Source of the DNA: Desulfobaccales bacterium
GTDB taxonomy: Bacteria > Desulfobacterota > Desulfobaccia > Desulfobaccales > 0-14-0-80-60-11
Direction of reading: 5' to 3'
Assembly: GCA_041740935.1 (NCBI GenBank)
Contig: JBGSLA010000009.1
Location: 1 to 55,738 of the forward strand
DNA length: 55,738 nt
Position 1 is the stretch's first letter. Each line of letters begins with the position of its first letter. The translations under genes and the position numbers were made by a program. The notes under the pieces are model-generated. The model saw only the letters and a list, made by a program, of their open reading frames with translations. It was not told where the DNA came from and searched no databases. This document shows positions 1 to 10,838 of the stretch, one piece after another.

Positions 1-1
1 C

Positions 2-304
2 ATCGAGACGGCCGCGCCCGAGCCCCCGGCGGCTCCCGCTACGACCCCTGCTCCCAAAGAGCCCTCGGCCGCCGAGCCCAAGCGTCCCAAGCCCCCCAAG
101 GTGGACACCGTAGTGCCCCGGGCGCCCAAGCCCGCGGAGGCCGCCGAACCCCCGGCCCCCAGACCTAAGCCCACCGCCGAACCGGCCCCGTCGCCGGAGC
201 CCAAGGTTGCCCCGGCCAAGCCGGCCCCGGTCAAAGAGGAGCCTGCCCCTCCCGCCGCCCCATCCCCGGACGAGGACAAGCCCTCCCGCATCCGGATCAT
301 GTAA
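2..304 (+). CDS. 3-prime end of a Pro/Ala/Lys/Glu-rich low-complexity protein (5-prime end outside window)
   Basis: Frame is open from the window edge (nt 2) to TAA at 302-304. Translation is a PAPKPEP-type linker with no catalytic motif visible. Confidence 0.45.
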   Translation: METAAPEPPAAPATTPAPKEPSAAEPKRPKPPKVDTVVPRAPKPAEAAEPPAPRPKPTAEPAPSPEPKVAPAKPAPVKEEPAPPAAPSPDEDKPSRIRIM

Positions 305-428
305 GGCCGGTTTCTTATTAAACTGAAACCCGCCAGGCGGTGCATGAGTTAGTTCTCATCCGAAAACTCCCCCTCCCCTGGTGCTGGGCATTACCCATAA
401 TTTTTTATTTTGAAATTATTTCAACTAG

Positions 429-472
429 TTCCCTCTCCCCCCTGTGGGGGCAGAGGGTTAGGGTGAGGGGGG
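429..472. repeat. GC-rich hairpin repeat (ccctc-cccc / gggg-gaggg followed by ttagggtgaggg), copy 1 of 3
   Basis: ttccctctcccccctgtgggggcagagggttagggtgagggggg. Close relatives lie at 47342-47381 and 55658-55697. Confidence 0.7.
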
Positions 473-560
473 CTTAATATCTTGAAATTACTTTATAAGT
501 TGGCATTGCCCTCTTTCCACTACCCCTACTTGTGGGTAATGATGAGCTTTCCTAAAGGGG

Positions 561-771
561 GATTTAGGGGCAATGCTGTTCACTTAAGCTCAAACAGATA
601 AGAGGAGTTCAATTTTTCTGTCATTCTGAGGGAGCCGCAGGCGACCGAAGAATCTCAAAGACCGAGATGCTTCGCTGCGCTCAGCATGACAAAAAAGCGA
701 ATAACATGTCGGGGTGGGCTTTGCCCACCAATCCCTGAAACCGCCTAAGTGAACAGCATTGGATTTAGGGG
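561..771. mobile_element. MITE-like non-autonomous element: about 190 bp core with 17-bp terminal inverted repeats and 10-bp flanking direct repeats
   Basis: Left arm caatgctgttcacttaag (571-588). Right arm ctaagtgaacagcattg (745-761) is its reverse complement with one indel. gatttagggg occurs directly outside both arms in the same orientation (561-570 and 762-771). No ORF inside. Confidence 0.45.
620..690. repeat. gtcattctgag...ctcagcatgac hairpin repeat inside the MITE-like element
   Basis: gtcattctgagggagc ... gcgctcagcatgac form imperfect inverted arms around gaagaatctcaaagaccgagatgcttcgc. This resembles a widespread bacterial intergenic repeat type (recognition from memory). Confidence 0.5.
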
Positions 772-943
772 GATTTGTGGTGGCAGGTCAATAGGTTATA
801 CGTATTATTTGGTTTATCGCAATTGGTTATCAGGACGGGGGAAAGCCGAACTTGGGGGCAAGAAAGGGGCCGGTGCCTCGGCGCGGTCTGCCCGAAAAGC
901 CGGCCCCTGTTAAGGGTTGGAGGGATTGGGGATCAGGGTCACA

Positions 944-1666
944 TCAGCGGCGGAAGGGCTTGGCCACCATGTAGCGCACCTTGTTGGCCTTTTCGCCGTT
1001 ATGCTCCAGGATGCCGGCCTGGTGTAGCTGGGTGAGATAGGCCCAGGCGGTCTTTTTGTTCACCCCAAAGCGCGCCTCGAAGTCCAACAGCCGGAACCAG
1101 CCCCCCCGGGTTTCCTGGAGAAACCGCTCCAGCGCAGTGCCGGTGAGCTTGCGCCGGCCTTTGGGGATCAGGGGCAGGGCCTCCAGGGATTGGCGCAGGG
1201 CCTCGGTGTGGAAAATGTCCTCCGCCGGCTCCGGCGTCTGGTTCTGAAAGGTGACGGCTTTCCCACCCACCCAACCGCTGCGGGCCTCCTCGAAATAACC
1301 CTCCACGTGCTCTTCGATGAGATTGAGCAGCCGGAAAAATTGGGACAGGGGGATCTGCCCGGCCAGGCGGGTGGCCAGAAAGCTTTTGGCCTGGCGGCGG
1401 ATGAAGGACACCCGTTCGGGGGTGCCGGCCGGGAGTTTTTCCGCCTCCCTCAGGACCTGAAAGAACATGCCGGCCACCAGGGTGGTGTCCAGAGTCTGGC
1501 TCCGGGGCCGGTGCAGGGCCAGGCTTTCCTCGACCCGGATAAGCCCGCCGCTGATGGCCAGGGCCGCGAAGTCCTCGGCAAAGGTGGCCATTTTTTCGGG
1601 CCGCGCCATGGCCATGACTTCCAGGGTAAGGGTGCGCACCAGGTCGAGTTGGCCGTCCCGATTCAT
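944..1666 (-). CDS. hypothetical protein with C-terminal winged-helix-like DNA-binding domain
   Basis: 240-aa ORF with good third-position GC. The C-terminal KKTAWAYLTQLHQAGILEH...KVRYM reads as a wHTH; the rest is unassigned. Confidence 0.55.
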   Translation of the reverse strand: MNRDGQLDLVRTLTLEVMAMARPEKMATFAEDFAALAISGGLIRVEESLALHRPRSQTLDTTLVAGMFFQVLREAEKLPAGTPERVSFIRRQAKSFLATRLAGQIPLSQFFRLLNLIEEHVEGYFEEARSGWVGGKAVTFQNQTPEPAEDIFHTEALRQSLEALPLIPKGRRKLTGTALERFLQETRGGWFRLLDFEARFGVNKKTAWAYLTQLHQAGILEHNGEKANKVRYMVAKPFRR

Positions 1667-1855
1667 CCTTCGGCCCTCCTTGGCAGGATTCCTCAGGCGC
1701 CATTATAGGGGTTTTTTTTTCCTGGTGCAATCCCCTAAGTATTTTTAATGAGAAAATGTCATGTAAAAGAGTAGGGGTTAATCCTGGTGCGGATACTTTC
1801 TCGCTGAGCAGGCTGGTAAAAGAATAGGGGGAGGATCTCCCGGGATGATGGGTGC

Positions 1856-2692
1856 TCAAGGCCCCCTGAAAAATAGTTCGTAGAGTGTCAAGCCGATTTC
1901 CACCACAATGAGGATGACGATGTACCATTCCACCCGCAGGCTGCGCCGGGTTTGCAGGAGATCAAGCAGGGTTTCGGCGGTGTTGGAAATGACCTGCAGT
2001 TTGCGTTCCAGGGCCAGATGCCGTTCCCGCAGCTCGAATTCATTTTCCAATTGCAGATACAGGCCTTCCAGTTCGGCGCGTTCCCACAGCAGGTCGGGTT
2101 TGTCGGCGACTTCGGCGCGCCCCACCATGCGTTGTTGGCTGAGGAGGGATTCGCCGATATAGCTGAGCAGTTCTCTCATTTTTTGCCTGCTGCGGCCTTC
2201 GCTCAGGTTTTTTGCCAGGGGTTCGATTTTTTCGAAGGTTTTGGCAACCCGGGCTTCATCATCAGACAGGATCTGACTGCGGGCCAATACTTCCGCCACC
2301 AGTTGCAGACGTTGGACGGAAAACTCCTGTAACCACAGGCAGCCATTGGCGTCAATGACTTCATTCGCCCCAGGGTTGATTCGCAGGGTCAGGTTTTCTT
2401 CTTCCAGCCGGGTGCAGGGCTCACTGGTCAATGGCCGGAGGCGTTCCAGAAAGGCGTCTGCCTGATCTGCACCTGTGCCGAATAATACCGCGACCCCGTA
2501 GCGGAACAGCACCGCCCAGCCACCCCCCGGTATTGCCAGGGTCAGAGGATTGATGGCCGCGGTTTCATCGTCACGGAAAGGTTTGGTATCGAGGCGTCGG
2601 CCGATGAGCAGGGCGCGGACTTTGATAGGCTGATCGCTGGCCCCAGAGATTTGCATGTCAGCCATACTACAGGATATGTAAACCTCTTTCAA
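1856..2692 (-). CDS. RMD1/DUF155 family membrane-anchored protein
   Basis: 278 aa. DUF155-like core (WAVLFRYGVAVLFG), coiled region, and a single C-terminal TM helix WYIVILIVVEIGLTLYELFF. Confidence 0.65.
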   Translation of the reverse strand: MKEVYISCSMADMQISGASDQPIKVRALLIGRRLDTKPFRDDETAAINPLTLAIPGGGWAVLFRYGVAVLFGTGADQADAFLERLRPLTSEPCTRLEEENLTLRINPGANEVIDANGCLWLQEFSVQRLQLVAEVLARSQILSDDEARVAKTFEKIEPLAKNLSEGRSRQKMRELLSYIGESLLSQQRMVGRAEVADKPDLLWERAELEGLYLQLENEFELRERHLALERKLQVISNTAETLLDLLQTRRSLRVEWYIVILIVVEIGLTLYELFFRGP

Positions 2693-3148
2693 CCGCCTCT
2701 ATTTGCGGGTAATGATGAGTTTTTAAAGGGGGGCAGGGGGGGATTTGCCAACTTCCGGTAAAGGGCAGACCTACAAACCGTGGCAGCGCAGTTTGACCCT
2801 AAATAAAAGAAATTCCTTTACCGACCAGTAATTCTTCTATAAAAGCCACTGCCTATGAGTTCCTGGCTGGCGAAACATATCTTCAATCTTGGCAAAGCAG
2901 GAAAGTAAAAGTTATATTTATTTGTACGGGATTGCAGGATGAGCCCTGTTTCACCTTACCCAGCATCGTTCAGCAAGGGATCTGTTGGATGGCCCATGAC
3001 AAAAACCGGGCGCCCCGGGGACTTAGACTGGAAATCAAGGTAATTCCCCCGAGTTGCCTGGACATGACTTTGGCGGAGATCGCCCGCCTGTTGGGAGACG
3101 GCCCCCTCCTCTGGCCTGGAGGCATGGGCCGGGCCCACGGGCTCAAGT

Positions 3149-6112
<2,964 letters not shown>

Positions 6113-6131
6113 GCGAAGCTTTTTCCCTGTT

Positions 6132-6200
6132 TTGAAAAGTTGTTTTGTGGGGGAGGGGGCCAGGGGCCGCGGGCCCCTGCCCCCTCCCCCAACCCCTTAA
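6132..6200. repeat. about 70-bp GC-rich palindromic element, copy 1 (copy 2 at 7502-7603)
   Basis: ttgaaaagttgttttgtgggggagggggccaggggccgcgggcccctgccccctcccccaaccccttaa. It is near-identical to the element in the tupA-tupB spacer. Confidence 0.8.
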
Positions 6201-6210
6201 CGTTTTTTTT
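6149..6210 (+). terminator. long GC hairpin plus T8 run downstream of uvrA (terminator-like)
   Basis: About 20-bp stem gggggagggggccaggggcc / gggcccctgccccctccccc (6149-6190) with one bulge. T8 at 6203-6210 lies 12 nt after the stem, which is further than in classic intrinsic terminators. Confidence 0.4.
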
Positions 6211-6333
6211 ATGGCTGGCAAGTCGGGGCGACAGCCCCGCCTTTACGCCATTCAGGGCCGTAGGCAGGTATTCCGGCTCCCAGGCTCCTGTTTGGCAAAA
6301 TTCCCTGGCTTCTTATCCCGCAACCGCACCTAT

Positions 6334-6362
6334 TACCGGTAGGACGGGCTTCCAGCCCGTCC
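6334..6362. repeat. taccggtaggacgggcttccagcccgtcc hairpin module (4 copies in window)
   Basis: The same module occurs at 9566-9592 (inverted), 49346-49372 and 55371-55398. Confidence 0.8.
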
Positions 6363-6662
6363 CGGCACAGATGAGGACACCTGTGCTACTGATTTTGAAA
6401 GAGCCGCAGGCTCGGGTGCGCCTCTTGTCGCCTTCGGTTTAAAAATTCTTGGCAACCCGCAATGCTTTTTGCTATTCTTTACCCAGAATAGCGCTCTGCC
6501 GAAAAAACACAGTCAACCGGCGCCTAAATATCCCTGGCAGCCGACAAACCGCAAGGTCCGACTTTTTCCTTTAAAGCCCTGATCAAGCCCTTGAATACGC
6601 AGGGAATTTTTAGGCTCAGCGTTATTCTTTATTGAAAATAACCAAAGATGAAGGAGGAGATC

Positions 6663-7487
6663 ATGGCGGCGAGGTTGGTCAGAGTCATTCCGGTCGTATT
6701 ATCTTTATTGCTGCTGGCCCAGGGGGTCTCGGCCCAAACCCGGATCAAGTGCGCCTCCACCACCAGCACCCAGAACTCCGGGTTGTTTGATTATTTGTTG
6801 CCTTTGTTCGAGAAAAAAACCGGGATAAAGGTGGACGTGGTGGCGGTGGGCACCGGCGCCGCCCTGGAAATCGGCAAGCGGGGCGACGCCGACGTGGTCA
6901 TGGTCCACGCCAAGGAGCAGGAATTAAAGGCCGTGGAGGAGGGCTGGTTCAAGGACCGCCATGATATCATGTATAATGATTTCGTCATCATCGGCCCCAC
7001 GAGCGACCCGTTGAAGATCAAGGGTCTGAAGTCCACCGTGGAGGCCTTCAAAAAAATCGCGGCCCAGGACCAGGTTCCCTTTGTCTCCCGAGGCGACAAG
7101 TCCGGCACCCACACCAAAGAGCTGGCCGTGTGGAAAAAGGCCGAAGTGGACCCCAAAGGCAAAAAGTGGTACCTGGAGGTGGGCCAGGGCATGGAGAAGA
7201 CCCAGCGCATTGCAGATGAGAAAAAGGCTTATACTTTGACCGACCGAGGGACCTGGCTGGCCACCAAGGACAAGGACAAGCTGGACATGGCGGTGGTCCT
7301 GGAAGGAGACCCCACCCTGTTCAACCAATACGGGGTCATGGCCGTGAACCCCGAAAAACATGCTCAGGTGAAGGTCAAGGAGGCCATGACCTTCATCAAC
7401 TGGCTCATTTCACCGGAGGGCCAAAAGGCCATCGGGGATTTTAAGGATAAACACGGCAACCAGCTTTTCACCCCCAACGCCAAGTGA
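6663..7487 (+). CDS. tupA: tungstate ABC transporter substrate-binding protein
   Basis: Signal peptide MAARLVRVIPVVLSLLLLAQGVSAQ, anion-binding ASTTSTQNSGL, DVVMVHAKEQE, FVSRGDKSGTHTKE. Start moved to ATG 6663, which has AAGGAGGAG upstream; the longest ORF starts at 6648. Confidence 0.85.
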   Translation: MAARLVRVIPVVLSLLLLAQGVSAQTRIKCASTTSTQNSGLFDYLLPLFEKKTGIKVDVVAVGTGAALEIGKRGDADVVMVHAKEQELKAVEEGWFKDRHDIMYNDFVIIGPTSDPLKIKGLKSTVEAFKKIAAQDQVPFVSRGDKSGTHTKELAVWKKAEVDPKGKKWYLEVGQGMEKTQRIADEKKAYTLTDRGTWLATKDKDKLDMAVVLEGDPTLFNQYGVMAVNPEKHAQVKVKEAMTFINWLISPEGQKAIGDFKDKHGNQLFTPNAK

Positions 7488-7501
7488 GGCGGTTTTCGGT
7501 C

Positions 7502-7603
7502 CTGAAAAGTTTTTCGTGGGGGAGGGGGCCAGGGGCCGGTGGGCCCCTGCCCCCTTCCCCCACACCCCCTTCCCCAACCCCTTAAAGGGGGTTGGGAGGG
7601 GGG
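7502..7603. repeat. GC-rich palindromic element copy 2, inside the tupA-tupB spacer
   Basis: ctgaaaagtttttcgtgggggagggggccaggggccggtgggcccctgccccc..., followed by a second palindrome ccccaaccccttaaagggggttggg. Confidence 0.8.
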
Positions 7604-7684
7604 TCTGGGGGGAGGGCGGGGGAGCCGCTACTCCCCCCGGTCTTCCCCCCAGGAGGTTACGTACCAGGCGCCGTCATTGTTTTT

Positions 7685-8365
7685 ATGGACCTCCTTTTCA
7701 ACATTCCGCTTCATGAACTGCTGGGAATCATTGGGCTATCCCTCCGGGTGTCCTGCACTGCGCTCGTCATCGCCACCTGTCTGGCCCTGCCGGCGGCGGC
7801 CCTGTTGGCCCTGAAGCGCTTTCCCGGGCGGGACGCCATCCTGCATATCCTCAATACCTTCATGGGTCTGCCGCCGGTGGTGGTGGGGCTGGTGGTGTAT
7901 CTCCTCCTGTCCCGGCGGGGGCTGCTGGGTTTCCTGGCCCTGCTCTATACCCCCGGGGCCATGATCGTCGCCCAGACCATCCTGGCCTTCCCCATTGTGG
8001 CCTCCCTGGCCCACAGCGCCATCGTCAGCGTGGACCCGGTGGTCAAACAGGCGGCCCTCACCCTGGGGGCCAACCCCCGGCAATTGGCGTTTACCATTAT
8101 CAAGGAGGCCAGATACGGCATCCTGTCCGGGGTGATCGCCGGGCTGGGACGGGTCACCGCGGAGGTGGGGGCCATCCTCATCGTGGGGGGCAACATCGCC
8201 GGCTACACCAGGGTGATGACCACCACCATTGCGCTCGAGACCGACAAGGGCAATTTTGAGCTGGCCGTGGTCCTGGGAGCGGTGCTGTTGTCCTTGTCGC
8301 TGCTGGTGAACCTGGCCCTGATTTATTTCCAGAGGGCCGGCCAGCCCCTTAGGGGAGCCCTCTGA
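7685..8365 (+). CDS. tupB: tungstate ABC transporter permease
   Basis: Multi-TM protein with an EAA-type loop (LTLGANPRQLAFTIIKEARYG). Start placed at ATG 7685, because the upstream part of the 257-aa ORF runs through the repeat. Confidence 0.8.
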   Translation: MDLLFNIPLHELLGIIGLSLRVSCTALVIATCLALPAAALLALKRFPGRDAILHILNTFMGLPPVVVGLVVYLLLSRRGLLGFLALLYTPGAMIVAQTILAFPIVASLAHSAIVSVDPVVKQAALTLGANPRQLAFTIIKEARYGILSGVIAGLGRVTAEVGAILIVGGNIAGYTRVMTTTIALETDKGNFELAVVLGAVLLSLSLLVNLALIYFQRAGQPLRGAL

Positions 8366-9075
8366 TGGGCCTCACCATCGAGGTCTCCGGGATCTCGAAG
8401 CGCTACGGCGAGCTGGCGGTGCTCCGGGAATGCCTTTTCACCTTTGAGGCCAACCGCACCTATGCCCTGTTGGGGGTGAACGGCGCCGGCAAATCCACCC
8501 TGCTCCGTCTGGTTGCCCTCCTTGAAACCCCCGATCAGGGTGAAATCAGATATAGGCAAGACGGCCGGCCGCTCCAACCGGAACTGGACCTGAAACGCCA
8601 AATCACCCTGGTCCTGCCCCAGATCGGGGTGTTCAACACCACGGTGTTCAAAAATGTGGCCTATGGCCTAAAGATTCGAGGCGTTGCCAAGAAAGAGATG
8701 AAGGAGCGGGTGGAGCGTCTGTTGGAACTGGTGGGGCTGCTGGACAAAAGGGACCATCAGGCCCTGACCCTGTCCAGCGGGCAGGTGCGGCGGCTGGGCC
8801 TGGCCCGGGCCCTGGTCATCGAGCCCCAGGTGCTGCTGCTGGATGAACCCACGGCCTCCCTGGATCCGGGGAACGCCGCCGTCATCGACGCGGCCATTCA
8901 GGAGCTCCGGGAGCGGCGAGCCGCCACCATTATCCTGGCGACCCATGATTACACCCAGGCCGGGGAGCTGGCCGACCGCATTCTGGTGGTGGAGCGGGGT
9001 CAACTGCGCGAGGGAGGGCCGGGGGAAAGGGGTTTTGCCGTTTCCCCCCCGGTCCCACCTGCCAAACCGTTGTAG
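8365..9075 (+). CDS. tupC: ABC transporter ATP-binding protein (tungstate)
   Basis: Walker A GVNGAGKST, signature LSSGQVRR, Walker B LLLLDEPT. Its start overlaps the tupB stop (ATGA). Confidence 0.85.
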   Translation: MGLTIEVSGISKRYGELAVLRECLFTFEANRTYALLGVNGAGKSTLLRLVALLETPDQGEIRYRQDGRPLQPELDLKRQITLVLPQIGVFNTTVFKNVAYGLKIRGVAKKEMKERVERLLELVGLLDKRDHQALTLSSGQVRRLGLARALVIEPQVLLLDEPTASLDPGNAAVIDAAIQELRERRAATIILATHDYTQAGELADRILVVERGQLREGGPGERGFAVSPPVPPAKPL

Positions 9076-9117
9076 GCGCGGGCCAAGGTTATCGCCCTTA
9101 ATTTTGGGCGCATACGC

Positions 9118-9591
9118 GAGGGCGCCCCTACGAGGGTTGAGGGTGAGGCTATGGGGGAGGGGACAGGAGTCCTCTGACCCCCTTCCCCCATATCGAACTT
9201 AAGATAGTTCCTCATGGGCCGTGAGTTCACCCGTAAAGCATGAAAAGCCGCCTAGGGCGGGCGCCGGCCCGCCGCTCTCAAGCGCCGGCTTCGAAGCCAA
9301 GCAGAGCTTGGCGTGCAAGCCGGTTCCCAAGCGGGAGCTTGGGAACCAGAATATATATGTAGAGCAGGCGCCCTCGCCTGCTTCGTTAGAGAACCGCCGG
9401 AGGTGGCGGTTCCACATAAAAACTTTTCAGGATAGAAAATTGGCGGGAGGCGCTGCGCTTTCCCGCTACGGCGCTTGATTTATCAAGCCCCGAGGGCGCC
9501 ATGAATGGGGCCCCTGCATGGCTGTGGGGATGGAACGGGTAGCACGGGCATCCTGCCCGTGCCTGGACGGGCTGGAAGCCCGTCCTACCGG
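9118..9591. repeat. intergenic array of mosaic GC-rich hairpin modules (between convergent tupC and rex)
   Basis: Modules shared with other spacers: gagggcgcccctacgagggttgaggg (also 47179-47206), cttgatttatcaagccc.gagggcgccatgaatgg (9471-9517 / 47147-47190), and 9538-9591 as an inverted copy of 55372-55425. Confidence 0.8.
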
Positions 9592-9681
9592 TTTTAGGGA
9601 CGGTGGGGTGATACGAAGCGGTGGAACTGTTGCCATTAGTGACCGAAACCTACCTGCGCCTGCGAAAATCCTGGGTTTTGC

Positions 9682-10317
9682 TCAGGCGTTCCCCATGGTG
9701 AGGTGGTAGGCCAGGTTGTCCAGCTTGACGGTGAAGTCCACGTTTTCCACGGCCATGCCTTCGATCACCTGCAGTTGGGTGGGGGCGAAGTTAAGGATGG
9801 CCTTGACCCCGGCCTCGATGAGGCTCTGGGCCACGGCCTGGGCCTTGTTGGCCGGGGTGGCGATCACCCCGATTTCGATATTGTTTTCCTTGACCACCCG
9901 GTCCAGGTCGTCCAGGTGGTAAATGACCTGGCCGCTGGGGAGGCGGCGCCCCACCTTGGCCGGATCGACATCGAACACCGCGGCGAACTCATAGCCCTGG
10001 CGGATGAAGTTCTGATGGGCCAACAGGGCCGAGCCCAGGTTGCCGATGCCCACCAGGGCCATTCTCCAGGTTTTGTTGAGCCCCAGGATGCGCTTGATTT
10101 CGAAGAGCAATTCTTTGACAAAATACCCCACGCCCCGGATGCCGAACTCACCGAAGTAGGCTAAATCCTTGCGGATTTGGGCAGGATTAATGCCGCACTT
10201 TTCGGCCAGCTTGTCTGAGGCGATGATTTTCACGCCTTCCTGGGCCATAGCCTCAAGATAGCGCGAATAAATAGACAAGCGGGTAATGGTGGCTGTGGGT
10301 ATTTTGGAAAATTTCAT
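9682..10317 (-). CDS. rex: redox-sensing transcriptional repressor Rex
   Basis: MKFSKIPTATITRLSIYSRYLE..., wHTH plus Rossmann motif LVGIGNLGSALL. The longest ORF starts 12 nt further upstream (10329). Confidence 0.9.
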   Translation of the reverse strand: MKFSKIPTATITRLSIYSRYLEAMAQEGVKIIASDKLAEKCGINPAQIRKDLAYFGEFGIRGVGYFVKELLFEIKRILGLNKTWRMALVGIGNLGSALLAHQNFIRQGYEFAAVFDVDPAKVGRRLPSGQVIYHLDDLDRVVKENNIEIGVIATPANKAQAVAQSLIEAGVKAILNFAPTQLQVIEGMAVENVDFTVKLDNLAYHLTMGNA

Positions 10318-10357
10318 CGGCTGGCGCATTAGTTAGCTTTCACAGATGGCTAACCTC

Positions 10358-10375
10358 AAGTGTAAAATTGCACAA
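10358..10375 (-). promoter_or_regulatory. candidate Rex operator upstream of rex
   Basis: Minus strand TTGTGCAATTTTACACTT versus the Rex consensus TTGTGAA-N4-TTCACAA: 10 of 14 specified positions match. Confidence 0.3.
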
Positions 10376-10394
10376 TCCCCCGAGGCGGTAAGAA

Positions 10395-10412
10395 GGGGGG
10401 CCGAGGCCCCCC
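10395..10412 (-). terminator. GC hairpin after atpE (bidirectional terminator-like)
   Basis: ggggggcc-ga-ggcccccc. On the minus strand it is followed by ttcttacc, on the plus strand by ggttttaaaa. Confidence 0.45.
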
Positions 10413-10428
10413 GGTTTTAAAACCGCAA

Positions 10429-10791
10429 TTAGATCTTCATTCCCAGAGCGGCAGCAATGGGCTTGGTCATCGGGTAGGCGTAGAGGATGATGAGCGCCAC
10501 GACCAAGGCGTAAATACACAGAGATTCGATCATGGCCAGACCGATGAGCATGGTCACGGTGATTTTGCCGGATGCTTCGGGATTGCGGGCGATGCCTTCC
10601 ACCGACTTCTGAACGGCGATGCCCTGGCCGATGCCGGTGCCGAAAGCGGCGATGCCGATGCCGAAACCGGCGGCCATGACCGCATAGCTGAAGAAACCGC
10701 CCAGACCGGCGCCGCCGGCGGCGGGCTCAGCCGCCAGAGCCAAAGATGCCCACGCCAGGGTGAAAAGCAGTGCCAAACCAATTCTTACCAT
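10429..10791 (-). CDS. atpE: F0F1 ATP synthase subunit c with signal-peptide-like N-terminal extension
   Basis: [16 protein letters not shown] helix 1, ARNPE loop, ion-binding Glu in [15 protein letters not shown]. The N-terminal ~30 aa [23 protein letters not shown] is extra. Confidence 0.9.
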   Translation of the reverse strand: MVRIGLALLFTLAWASLALAAEPAAGGAGLGGFFSYAVMAAGFGIGIAAFGTGIGQGIAVQKSVEGIARNPEASGKITVTMLIGLAMIESLCIYALVVALIILYAYPMTKPIAAALGMKI

Positions 10792-10838
10792 TGCACAGAC
10801 CTCCTACCAGATATGTTTAATGTGGCCTTCTTCCAAGA

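Noticed and set aside
999-1928. 309-aa minus-strand ORF overlapping the 944-1666 gene
   Set aside because: It is an alternative frame of the same region, Pro/Gly/Arg-rich and without motifs. The 240-aa frame has protein-like composition and a wHTH.
6140-6442. ORFs lying entirely inside repeat spacers (also 7516-7716, 7539-7814, 9199-9478, 49108-49465, 55039-55550)
   Set aside because: They are read straight through palindromic hairpin modules. The same peptides recur wherever the repeat occurs, in both orientations, and no ribosome-binding sites are present.
6440-6662. Moco/Tuco (molybdenum or tungsten cofactor) riboswitch upstream of tupA
   Set aside because: I could not locate the conserved core I remember for this motif in the leader. 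An Rfam RF01055 scan would settle it.
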